64,000 nt of DNA. It comes from the human T2T-CHM13v2.0 reference genome, Homo sapiens. The position numbers were made by a program, and so were the translations under genes. The stretch lies in the NCBI RefSeq assembly GCF_009914755.1, contig NC_060928.1; one strand, written 5' to 3'. The notes under the pieces are model-generated. The model saw nothing but the letters and a program-made list of their open reading frames with translations, searched no databases and was not told the DNA's origin. Positions within the stretch are counted from its first letter, which is position 1. Each line of letters begins with the position of its first letter. Positions 35,377 to 49,389 of the stretch are shown piece after piece.

Positions 35377-37564
35377 TTCTTTCTTTTCTTTCTTCCTCTT
35401 CTTCTTCTTTTTTGCAAATAATTTACAGGCATATGTAAAATACAGTAAGAATACTGGGTCATAGTTTCATCCAGTGAAACTCTGTGACAATCCTTCACTA
35501 GAAGGAGAGTACTTTTTTCACACAGTCAGGGGATGAGGATCTGATCCGAATTACATTTTGTCGAGTCACTCATTCCCACAGATTTGAGTTTGAATGCAGC
35601 TTGTGGGGTACATCATCAGGAACATTGCACAATTATTTTATGTCATTTAAAAGAATGATGGAAAGGAATGTTAGCGGTGCTTAAAGGCCTCAGTAGGCAC
35701 TCAATAATTTTATAGAATAGTTAAATAAATATTGCTTACACATAAAAACTCATCTCATTTCAAGATGAGGGGGAAAAAGGCATTTGGGAATCTCTTAATT
35801 TAAAACAAAACAAAAGTACTTGCTAAGGGCATGATCCTCTTATGAATCCACAAGAATTCAGCCATCAACAAAAATCCCGTGAGTGGAAAATTGTATGGAT
35901 CTCTAACATGACATAAAAACGCAACTGCGTTTTACTTGCTACCTTATTGCACACCTCACTTCCTTGATTGAGCCTTTAAAAAACAATTCCAAGTTGATAT
36001 TTTTTTTTAAAAAGTAGATGACAATCTTAACATTTTACTGTATTTTACATTCACTCTGCTAAACAAAAGCCTTTAAACAGGCACAAAACACTGCAACAAT
36101 ACATTAACTTCCTAATAAAACAAACCTTTTTAATAACATTGAAATAAAATGGTTTCATTTTGCATTAAACTACATACCATGAACTTCTCCAACATAAAAG
36201 GACTAAAAACAAGCATTAGAAGATATTTACAAACTATCTTTAAACTTCTACAGGTCTCTCCTCCTCCTCCTGGATGTGCACACCCCAATCCAGTTCACCC
36301 ATCAAGTGCACAGCAAAGGAAAAGAGGCCCATTTAATAAACATAATGTTTCCAACACCCTTGAGGACCATGGACAGTTTTGCAAGAAACATGGTAAGGCA
36401 ACTAGAAGCATAACTTTCTGCTGAAAAGAGTCTCTGGGGGTCTTGTCTACGATAACATACATTCTTTGTCCCTACAAACTCATACTTCAAAAATGAATAA
36501 AAGCATTAGAAATGGCATTAAAGTTTTACATTGGGCAATTAAATAGCTATGCAAAGGTGTCTTATGCAACTCGATTAAAACCTTGTGCTTACTCTGCTAC
36601 TGAAAATAGCACACGTAGAAGACAATACTTCCCCAACCAAACAAAAAAAAAACAAAAAACAACGAAACAACAAACCCCAACAAAAACCCAGGAAGAAGTA
36701 TAAAAGCCACCAGCTCCTCTATCAGAGCTACTTATCAGTCCTAGGCTTGCCAAACATTGCGGTGGGATTGGGAATCTGGGGAGGAGGGGACAGGGTGAGA
36801 GATGTGGGAGTGGGGGCATGTTTAAGGCTAAGGCACATGGAGAATGAGCCCCGGCTAACGGTGGCAAAGGAGAGCTTTCCAGTGTTTGGACTCAGAAGTG
36901 CGGCAAGTCTTTTCAATGTTGGCTTAAGGAGAGATCCAGTGTTTAATTTCTTTTAAAAAATAGTACCGCCATGATGATACATGGTAACACCATCAACCCT
37001 TAATGCCAGCAGAAATACAGAGGTTTTACTCATTTTAAAATTGCACTTTCCAGTATAACCTTTAAAATAATGCTTTATGTAGTATTTTTAAGCACTACTG
37101 TTTGTATCTTTAAATATTGTATATATTTTTCAAAATAGTTCCCTAGCTCCTCAAGTGTGCTTTTTTAATATATAGTTGATATATTATTGAAGGTACTACA
37201 AAATAGAAATCTCTGGAGTGCAGAAGTTAAGAAAATAACCTTCATACTGAAAATATATCCTTAAAAAAACAACAACAAAAACCTCTATACAAATGTAGTA
37301 CAGCATACAAATTTTTAAAAGATGGAATGAAGGCACGAACCATTGCAAGTCTTTTGGAAATGTATGAACGTAGGCATGCTAAGTTGAAAATAGTCTTAAA
37401 AAACTAGTGAAAACTTCATGTATATAAAATAATTCAGAAATAAATCTGCTAACATTCTTCACTTTCAGGTTGCATGTGTGAATCCAACATGTTCCTTCTT
37501 CATAAATAGTCAAGCGTTCCTTCAGTGGTGTTTGTGTGGTCTGTCTTCGTGCTGGTCACCAGCC
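34945..37564 (-). other. RBM47: RBM47 3'UTR (~2.6 kb, AU-rich, free of interspersed repeats); 3' end approximate
   Basis: Continuous AU-rich unique sequence from the stop codon to a canonical poly(A) signal. Confidence 0.85.
35300..35413. repeat. (TTTC)n microsatellite inside the RBM47 3'UTR, read as (GAAA)n in the mRNA
   Basis: Visible tetranucleotide run. Confidence 0.95.
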
Positions 37565-37804
37565 TCAGTATGTCTGGTAGACGTCGGGGATGGGGACCTG
37601 AATGGCAGCAGCAGGGAAGGCCTGAGGTATGTAGCCTGCGTATCCTCCATACATGGCGGCCGCGGCTGCCGCGTTCTTCTGTAGTGTGGCGATCGTGGCT
37701 GTAGCTGGAGCAGCAAATGGCACGTAACTGGCCCCGTAGATCCCGGCAGTAGGAATTCTCTGAACGTTTGGAGCCACCGTGTATACTGGAGTTATTGGGC
37801 GGCC
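37565..37804 (-). CDS. RBM47: RBM47 last coding exon, CDS part (GRPITPVY...DVYQTY*); total protein 593 aa
   Basis: Acceptor tctcttctcctcag|GGC; TGA at 37567-37565; 1123+207+212+240 = 1782 nt. Confidence 0.96.
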   Translation of the reverse strand, partial: GRPITPVYTVAPNVQRIPTAGIYGASYVPFAAPATATIATLQKNAAAAAAMYGGYAGYIPQAFPAAAIQVPIPDVYQTY

Positions 37805-38066
37805 CTGAGGAGAAGAGACAAAAAGGAGCCTTCCTGAACACGTGTATGTACCTATCATCCATTCATTCAACAAGCCTCTCCCAGAAGACGGGAATACAAA
37901 GACACAAAAGCAAGGGAGAGAAAGGCAGAGGGGCGGGCAAACAGCAATTATTGTAAGCAAGTGGGAGAAGAGCCACTGAAGAGGTAAGGTGGAGCTGCAT
38001 CCTCAAACTCAGTGATGCCACCTTGTGAAAGTGAGAGGCCTGGAAGGCTGAGGGAAAGGTGAAATA

Positions 38067-38508
38067 CAGTTGCCCCTCAGTATCCTCACAGGTGATTGGC
38101 TCTAGGACCTCCGTGGATACCAAAATCCTCAGATGCTCGAGTCCCTGAGAGAAAATGGCGTATTTGCATTTAACCTATGCACATCCTCCTGTATACTGTA
38201 AAAAAATTTTTTTTCATAGAGACAAGGTCTCACTATGTTGCCCAGGGCTGGTCTTGAACTCCTGGCCTCAAGCAATCCTCCTGTCTCAGCCTCCCAAAGT
38301 CTTGGGACCCATACACTTTAAAAATAATCTCTAGATCACTTATAATACCTAATATGATGCAAATGTTATGTAAATAGTTGTTATATCGTATTTTGACATT
38401 TGTATTTTTTTATTGTTGTATTGTTATTTTTTATTGTCTTTATTCAAGCCACGGTTGGTTGAATCCAGATGCAGAAACTGCGGATAAGGAGGACCTTCTC
38501 TGTACTGT
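38067..38508. mobile_element. MER2 (Tigger-family MITE) interrupted by a minus-strand Alu monomer fragment (~38201-38308)
   Basis: cagttgcccctcagtatcc...gataccaaaatcc...ggttggttgaatccagatgcagaa. Confidence 0.75.
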
Positions 38509-39569
38509 ATTCCGGAATCTTCTACTTACCATTCCACTCAATCAGTCTATGCCCCAGAGTGAGCTAGAGAAGGCAGCGGAGAATCTACCATCCACACAAT
38601 TGATTTCACAGTAATTAAAAATCAGTGTTTTTCCTTAAACATGGCCTCTAGATACATGCCAGCTGCCTCAACTCATACTTAACTGATGGAATATGATCTG
38701 TCTCAGAGACAGAGAGAGGAACAGACTGTGTCAACTTAGAGAAACCAAATATACTGATCTCCAAAGGGACAGCTTCTTAAGCTGTGACCTTAAAAAATTG
38801 TGACCATACACAATTTTCAGCCAATGTGATGGTTTCCATCACCTCCCACCTAAGAGATGACACCATTAATGTATACAAATTGTTGTAGAAGCTTAGAGAA
38901 AGAACCAACTAATGGGGAAGTTGGAGAAAATGTCTCAGCAGCGGGGATATTCGAGCTGAGTTTTGAAGGATAAAGAGCAGTTTCCAAATGAGGAAGAAGT
39001 GGGCAAGGACAAGCTAAGTAAAGTTGCCTGAACTGTTGACGGCCACCACTGGCTCTAGAAAAGCCCCTGCTACTTCCTTCTGTCTACTTGAAAGTGCAAC
39101 ATAAGATGTTTTCAGAACAAACAGGAGTATGAATGGGAAGACTGTGGTTCAGTATTTCCCAAAGTGTTTGCCATGGAACTAGTTCTGTGAGATGCTTCAT
39201 TGAAAAGAGATTCTGAATAAAATAAAACATTCATTTAACAAAATATTTGGTGCACCTCATGAGCCATAGAATGCCTGGTAGTAAATGCTGGTATGGTCTC
39301 CCTATATGTTAATACATCTTCAAAATAAACAATTCAGCATATGTGAAATGGTGAATTAAAATAATTATTTCTTCCTGGATTTTTATAAAGGAATTAGCTC
39401 TAATTTCTGTTACAAAATTTGCAAATCAGAGTTCCAAAATTGTGCTCAAAGGAACTTAGGAACTTCTAGCCTAAGATTACTTTTTAAAACTATAATCAAA
39501 TAGTAATTATAATTTATAATAATTTTAATTTATAATTATAATGATAATTATAACAATTAATAACTCAGA

Positions 39570-39892
39570 GGCTGGGTGAGGTGGCTCATGCCTGTAATCC
39601 TAGCACTTTGGGAGGTTGAGGTAGGAGGATGGCTTGAGGCCAGGAGTTCGAGACCAGCCTGGGCAACATGGCGAAACCTTGTCTCTGCAAAAGATACAAA
39701 ACTTAGCCAGCCATGGCGGTGCGTACTCCTGTAGTTCCAGCTACTCAAGAGGCTGAGGTGCAAGGATCACCTGAGCCTGGGAATTCAAAGCTGCAGTGAG
39801 CTGGGATCATACCACTGCACTCCAGCCTGGGCAATGGAAGTGAGACCTTGTCTCAAACAAAACAAAACAAAACAAAACAAAACAAAACAAAC
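39570..39892 (+). mobile_element. Alu (AluJ-like) with (CAAAA)n tail
   Basis: Full dimer; TSD aactcag. Confidence 0.9.
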
Positions 39893-40574
39893 CCCCAAAC
39901 TCAGGCACTATTCTAAGTGCCTTATTTGTATGACAGTATTGAATCATCACAGCCACCAGTAGAGTTGGTACTATGATTATATGGAGTTGTGTGGAAGTGT
40001 TAAATGACCTGCACAAAGTGACACAGCTTTTAAGCAATGCAATGTGTGACTCTGGAGCCTGCACTTTTAGCCTTACGTTAACTTGCTTCTTACAACCCTA
40101 AACAATGAGTGTCTCATCAGTGACATTTTACAACCAGGGAGAGGAGCTCCAGAACTGGAAAGACTGTGGTTCACAGCAAGACACAAGTCACCTTTTCCAC
40201 ATGTGTGGACGTAGGTTTAATAACCAGTGCAAAAAGGGAGAGGAAATGGCAGGGAAGGCAACATGTGAGAGAGACCTTTCCATGTGCTACAGGACGGCCC
40301 AACACCTGGGTTCAGGCTGCCCACTCCAACACCAAGTTTTGCACATAGACATGCACTGGCTTACGGCCTGGAATCAAGAGTAGGTCCCCAAACCCATGGC
40401 TTCTCTTTTCATTCATGTGATGTCCCTTTTATGATAGCATTCACCACACTATAAGGACAAAGCATGCAGAGATCAGGCATCTGATCTCCCAATCCCAATT
40501 CTACTCCCGGCCAGCAATTCTGTCTCCTTGCTGGGCCTTAATTTTCTTATCTGTAAAATGAGAATATATGGGGA

Positions 40575-41148
40575 AGCACTTGGTTTTGCTTTCCATGGTT
40601 TCAGTTACCCGCGGTCAACTGAAGTCTGAAAATATTAAACTGAAAATTTCAGAAATGAATAACTCATAAGTTTTAAATTGTGCACCCTTCTGAGTAGCTC
40701 CATGAAATCTCATGTCATCCCTCTCCATCCTGCCCGGGACACCAATCATCCCTTTGTCCAGGAAAACGACACTGTCTGTGCTCCATGCCCATGTCACTTA
40801 ATAGCCATCTGGGTTATCAGATTGACCGTCAAGGAACCCTTATTTTACTAAATATCAGCCCCAAAGTGCAAGAGTAGTAATGCTGGCAATTTGGATATGC
40901 CAAAGAGGAGCACTAAAGGCCTTCCTGTAAATGAAAAGGGGAAAGTTCTCTACTTAATAAGGAAAGAAAAAAAATCCTATGCTGAGGTTGCTAAGAACTA
41001 CAGTAAGAAAGAAATTTTCTATCTGTGAAATTGTGAAGAAGGAAAAAAAAATTCGTTCATAGTATATTATTAGTTTGGTAATATCTGTGTTTCAGGCATC
41101 CACTGGGGGTCTTGGAATGTATCCCCCAAGGATAAGGGGGGACCAGTA
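40575..41148. mobile_element. MER44-like (Tigger7-derived) DNA transposon
   Basis: ggtttcagttacccgcggtcaactg...ttcaggcatccactgggggtcttggaa...ggataagggggga. Confidence 0.75.
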
Positions 41149-41248
41149 TACAATTGCATTAATACAGCATCATCAAAGAGCAGGAATAAAGAAAAATGCA
41201 ATGATGGTAGTGGGAGAAACATTTACCCATCCCTAAAAAGTGCCTCTA

Positions 41249-41367
41249 GCAGGAGAATCGCTTGAACCCTGGAGGCGGAAGTTGCAGTGAGCTGAGATCC
41301 CGCCACTGCACTCCAGCTTGGGTGACAAAGTGAGACTCCATCTCAAAAAAAAAAAAAAAAAAAAAAA
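41249..41367 (+). mobile_element. Alu 3' fragment (5'-truncated insertion)
   Basis: TSD aaaaagtgcctcta. Confidence 0.88.
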
Positions 41368-41562
41368 GTGCCTCTAATTCAGGTGAAGAGTCCCTGCAGT
41401 CTTCCCTCCTGTCAAGGAGGAGCAGTTATCCTTGCTCTAACTATACCAAGAGGTGTTGTTAAATTGGCTAAATAGGAACACCCCTGAGCGCCTACAAGGT
41501 AGGGGAGGATGATCGAAGGTAGGGGAGGATAAGCAAAGACTGCAAATAAGAACCCTGATGGT

Positions 41563-42023
<461 letters not shown>

Positions 42024-42459
42024 TCATGAATTTCTTACTAAAGGAGAATTAGAAATTATTATCAGAATTCCACTAAGTACTGCTGCTACGCTATAGTAAA
42101 TATTTACCGTCAGTCCACAAGTATTATAACTATACTTAGTTGTTATTCTACAGTGTCATTTACAACCAATTCCTCTTTTTGTCTTTCAGAGATCCCAAGT
42201 TAAAGAATACTTAATGACATACTGAAAGATAAATAAGCTTCAATTAGTCTGCCCTTTCTGAATAATGCAGTCAAGACTAGTGTTCAGAGTGGGCAAAAGC
42301 AAGTAAACAGCATCCTACTGTGGAGGGTCACAGGCCTGGCTCTGTTTCAGAATCATTGAGGAGCTGTGCAAAATATCAATTCTAGGACTCCAGCCCAGTT
42401 TGACCGAATTGGAATCTTCAGGGATTAGAGTCTAAGAATCTCTGTTTTTTAAAAAATGT

Positions 42460-42748
<289 letters not shown>

Positions 42749-43025
42749 GTGGCCTGGATAATTCTTTTTCAATTGGATAAGGGATCCTGGGCCTGAGTAC
42801 TTGTGATCGGTATTCATGATTCACTGCCTCACAGAAAACAGCTTTAACAAGATTTTCTTCTGTTAAATGGATGTCCTCCCTATGTCCTATAAGGTGAAGA
42901 TACAAAGAAACAGGACACAGTCTTTGGTCTGTAGGAGCTTCATTTTCCTTGGGAGATAGAACACACTGGCAGCCATAGGCCAAGTAATGATGTAGTAATC
43001 AGGAGTACAAGAGAGAAAATTTCAT

Positions 43026-43338
<313 letters not shown>

Positions 43339-43507
43339 CTAGGAGGTGGATGGGAAAGATTCTATGGAAGAGATGAGAATAAAGAAACCAGGATACACTA
43401 TGAACAAAGGTGGGGAAGGAGGCCAACATGGTAAGATGAGTTTGGGAAGAGATAGGGGAACAGTGGGAGATATGGTTGGAAGAGAGGATTATGGGCATAT
43501 TTTGTAA

Positions 43508-43914
<407 letters not shown>

Positions 43915-44290
43915 TGAGCTGCAGTTTGAAATGTGAAAATGTGAAATCACTCCCTGGACTTTGTGTGTCAGCTCTTTAACAATATGAGCTAAAAATTATC
44001 CAGTGCTATTTTAAAAAAATATATGCACAATATTATGACACTGTGAAAAATTACACATAATTTTTGCATATTGATTACCACCCTTAATACAATGATATTA
44101 TTAGGGTAGTACAATTAATTAAAAATTTTTTTTTCTGTCATGCTTCAAATTCAAAATGCTTTGTGTCACCCAACCATAGCTGTAACAGAGAGCCAGGCAC
44201 ACAGTAAATTCTCAGTGCTGAATACTAAATGAATCCATGTTAAAGAGAGGCTTCACACACAAATGACAATGCCTGCAATAAGAACTCTAC

Positions 44291-44502
44291 CTGGAAAGGT
44301 GGTGGCGTCGACACAGTGGGAATGACAGCGGCTGCGGCGGCTGCGGCCGCGGCTGCGGCGGCAGCAGCACTGGCTGGGTCTGGCTGCACAGCAATGGGGC
44401 TGATCATGTGCTCCACTGTGTGGATTTTGCCATCTTCAATCATTTTAGGGGCTGGAGCTGCTGGAAACATGGAATACTGAGCCCCAATGGCAGGGATGGC
44501 TA
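44291..44502 (-). CDS. RBM47: RBM47 third coding exon (212 nt; VAIPAIG...Ala14...PPPFQ)
   Basis: Acceptor cttctcttgcag|TAG; donor CAG|gtagag; cumulative CDS 1542 nt = 514 codons. Confidence 0.95.
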
Positions 44503-44552
44503 CTGCAAGAGAAGCAAGAAGGAAAAACAGGTCAATCACTTTCAGTCGCTGA

Positions 44553-45054
<502 letters not shown>

Positions 45055-45614
45055 TAGAGTAAGGCTTTTGCACCAATATTTTCTACTATTTCTACAGAAA
45101 AATCACAGTTTGAATGTTATTCTTGATGTCCTACTGAGCAAGAAAGGGCCTCTGACTATGGGAAAACAGGCTTAGACGAAGAAGTGAGATCAGAGGCTTG
45201 AAGCCTACTGCCTGTGAGAGTTGGGCCTGCCTGTTCCTTCCTACTCACCTCACTCATTACCAGCCGCACTGCCTTTTTTTCACTTTCACCACTATTTAAG
45301 AAACAGGTGCTGTTGAGGGTTTCATTCTGAGAACTCAGACCTGTGTACATCCTCCCCACCCTGTATTTCAGATTTCAACATTACCGATTCAAGGAAAAAC
45401 ACATGGTAAAAAAAAATAGCACATTCCCCAGTTTCCTCATGCCCACGCAAAGTAGTGAAGATGTGGAGTGATTGGCTTTTAGTGGGACCTCCCAATTCAA
45501 AGAATTTCTGCAAGTAAAGTCCAAAATTATGATTTCAACCAGAGATTCAAACAGCAGCTATTGAATGTCAAGGTACAGTAAGAAGAGATCAAAAGGAAAA
45601 GATATCAGCCCTTT

Positions 45615-45675
45615 TGTGTGAGTGTGTGTGTGTGGGGCGGGGGGGGGGGTGTGTGTGTGTGTGTGTGTGTGTGTG
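45615..45675. repeat. (GT)n microsatellite interrupted by a G-run
   Basis: Visible. Confidence 0.9.
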
Positions 45676-46889
45676 TTGAAAGGACAAACAAAAATATGAA
45701 ATGTGTACACAAAGAATCTTTCTATTTCTGGTTTTCTCCAACTGTAGGTACATTTATTCTAAATAGGACAGACTCAATCAAAGGTAAAGAGACAAATGAT
45801 TGTAAGCTAAACAATGGTACAGCCATTCGATAAAATATACCTAAAACCTTAATCAAATCTTTTACCTGCCTTTCCAACCATATCTTCCACTGGTCTTGTG
45901 CCCAGATACTTCACCACCACCCTGGTGCCTCTCCTAAAATACAATGTTCTCATTTTCTGGATGATCAGAAATAGACGCCAACCGATGGGGCCCAGAGAGG
46001 GTTGTGAGTTTAAGCTACAAGGGGTTGTATGAAGTAAATGAATTGTTCTGGCTATCAGCCCACAGGATTTTCTACCTCAGGCTCCAGGACACAACTTTAC
46101 ATAGTTAAAGATTATTTAACAGTTCTTTTCTCTTGTTAAACCTTAAGCTACCGTAACTTGCCAAAAGGAGTTCCCTTCTCAACAAGTAGAAGCGACGACT
46201 CCCATATCCAGGCTCTATTTTATTAAGTTACAGAGCTGTGGGATCAGTTTTAAATGCCAATGACATTTAAAAGGCAATCTAGTCTAAGGAGTCACTTAAC
46301 TGCAGAAATTGCGGAATTTTTACACAGGCAAAAAAAAAAAAAAAAAAAAAATCATTACTAGAATCATCAAAAGAAAGTTCAATTGGGGAAATGCTTTTTA
46401 ACTCTATGAGGCCAATGTGTACCTATGTCCCAAATGCACAGATTCCTTGACTCTATTTTAGCTAGGGAGAGAAGTGTACAATCTCAACCAGAAGAAAATC
46501 AGAGTAGCTGGGCTCCAAACAGTTCTTCAACTTCCTCCTGCTGAAGCCAGGAGGGGTCTGGAGGAGGGTCGTGCCAATTACCCACGGACTGAGCTTTCCA
46601 TGTGTTTGGATGCTTCTGCAGGGTGCTACGTGAGTTTGTGATAGACTCACACAATGGAGTTAATGTTTTTTGCAGGTTCGGATCAGAAGACCGGCCTCAC
46701 ATTAGATGGTCATGGGCACTAATGACATTAATAAACAGGTTTGTAGGGCCTGGAGGTGAAGGCTAAGTTCAGGGTCCCTGGCTTGAAATACTTGAGCATC
46801 CCTACTCCCAATCTACTGATCCAACTAGAGGAGGAAATGAGTGCTGGAAATGAGAAACCAGGGAATTAGCTGCAAAAATTTTCAGCAAA

Positions 46890-47184
46890 GGCCAGGTGCA
46901 GTGGCTCATGCCTGTAATCCCAGCACTTTGGGAGGCTCAGGCGGGTGGCTCACTTGAGGTCAGGAGTTCGAGAACAGCCTGGGCAATGTGGTGAAACCCC
47001 ATCTCTACTAAATATACAAAAATTAGCCAGGCATGGTGGTGCGCGCCTGTAGTTCCAGCTACTCGGGAGGTTGAGGCAGGAGAATCGCTTAACCCGGGAG
47101 GTGGAGGTTGCAGTGTGCCGAGATCATGCCACTGCACTCCAGCCCGGGTGACACAGCAAGACTCCATCTCAAACAACAACAAAA
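46890..47184 (+). mobile_element. Alu
   Basis: Full dimer. Confidence 0.92.
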
Positions 47185-47499
47185 CTTTCACCACTGCCTT
47201 GTCCTCAAGCATTCTTATTTGCTCAGACCATGACAAGGGACAAAAGGTGCTGCTTACTCCTGAAGGGGAATTTTCTGCCCTTCCAAACAACTCTCAGAAT
47301 GGGGCAATAAGCTCTACCCTCCGACTTCAGATGGTCGGGGCAGAAATAGGCCTGAGTAAGGAAAAGACAGGTTTTACCTGATAGAAGATACAGAGAGCCT
47401 CATGTTCTTCCTTTCTTCCCCCTACAACTCTCCTTACTTAGCCACAGACTGAGACAAAACCTAACAATGGGTGACAGCCCTTTGAAAACCTTACTGCAT

Positions 47500-47867
<368 letters not shown>

Positions 47868-48064
47868 TCAAAGCTACACCATCCCCTGAAGTTCTAGATA
47901 AGGAGGTCCAGGGGGTCACTTTATTTTTGCCTTGTCTCTAGCTGCCTAGGAGAAGAGGAACCCCTGTGCAGATGTGAGAGCCTGAAAAACGCTTGGATTC
48001 ACTTCAAACAGAAGGGCTGGGGTTTATGCTGAATGGGAGCATTCTCAATCTGCTTCATACTGAC

Positions 48065-48271
48065 CTGTACCAGGTTTAATGGCAACTGGGTTGACGGTAG
48101 GGATTTCCAAATTCGGCACCAGTTCATATCCTTTTTCTTGCTGCTTTCCTTTCCCTTCATGATATCGGCTATATATACCACGGCCAGCAGAATATCCCCC
48201 GAGGTAGGAACCCCTAGGCCCTGGGGCTCTGTTGCCAGCTGCACCTCGCCCTCGGCCTCTTATGCTGCCTG
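48065..48271 (-). CDS. RBM47: RBM47 second coding exon (207 nt, symmetric phase 1-1; RG-rich segment [10 protein letters not shown]...KPGT)
   Basis: Acceptor ttattacaag|CAG; donor ACAG|gtcagt; frame continuous with both neighbouring exons. Confidence 0.95.
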
Positions 48272-48581
48272 CTTGTAATAACAACACAAAAGATGATCAG
48301 CAACCAACAGTGACGGTGCTGGAGGCAGACCTCAGCCCTCGGTTCTCGGCATTTAACTGCCCCAGTCTTAATTGCAGGTGGCTACACCTTTGCTCTTTAA
48401 TAGGCTGGTAAAGATGCTTCCAACATTCTATTTCAGCCTAGATTTGCATCCTAAGCATGTCTTCTTAGTACAAGAGGCAAACTTGCAGGGTGAGTTTCTA
48501 GGATTGTATCTGCAATTTCAGTAAAGAAAAACATTCACAGACTACCCACCACCCCCTCCCCCCCGCCAAAAAAAAAACTGT

Positions 48582-48697
48582 GGCCAGGTGTGGTGTCTTA
48601 TGCCTGTAATCCCAGCACTTTGGGAGGCTGAGGCGAGAGGATGGCTTGAGCCCAGGGGTTCAAGACCAGCCTGGGGAACATGGTGAGACCCTGTCTC

Positions 48698-48731
<34 letters not shown>

Positions 48732-48807
48732 TAAAATACATATATATATATATAAAATACATATATATATATATAATACATATATATATATAATACATAT
48801 ATATATA
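48582..48807 (+). mobile_element. Alu monomer (FLAM-like) with an expanded (TA)n tail
   Basis: Left monomer 48582-48715 followed by TA-rich repeat. Confidence 0.85.
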
Positions 48808-49389
48808 CTATTAAATAATTTTTTTAAAGTTAGATTTGGAAGGGGATTTGCTGGTCCACCTTCCTCATTTCATGCTTGAGAAAACAGGCCAGGGGAGATT
48901 AAAGTGACTAACTAAAGTCACAGACCCAGTTAATCAGAGAACAGGACCCAGAACCTATGTATCTTATTTTCCAGGTTATGCTGGGTGTCATTATATCCTA
49001 ATCAGTGATAACAAAAAACAAAATTAAAAATCACGGACTCCACCAACATCTTAAGATTTAATATCACAAGCAGGTTTTAACGTAAGCACCAAGAGAATGG
49101 TGGACTAGCCCCTAACCCGGTGGACCTCGGCAAGGAAGAATTCCAGCACTTGCATATTCCTGTGATTTTACCGCTCACCCCAGAACGATCTGTATTTCTA
49201 TCAGTGCTGCATAAGTGACGGCCTTCGGTGCCAGGAAAGAATTAGACCCAGAATGCAAACCCAAAACGGGGGTGGGAGGGCCTTCAGCACCTACCAGCTC
49301 AGCAAATGCCAGCCACGGTATCCCTGGTGCCCCCTGCCTAGGAGGCAACGTTCTTGGGGGCCCCACCCAGGAGAAGAGCCCCCACTAAC

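Noticed and set aside
36760-36816. G-quadruplex-like G-run cluster in the 3'UTR region
   Set aside because: The G-runs are on the template strand, so the mRNA is C-rich and no RNA G4 is expected; a DNA G4 role is unsupported.
37500-37564. Stop-codon readthrough or alternative-frame C-terminal extension of RBM47
   Set aside because: The stop context TGA-GGC is not the TGA-CTAG readthrough motif, and the overlapping 120-aa frame begins in the intron.
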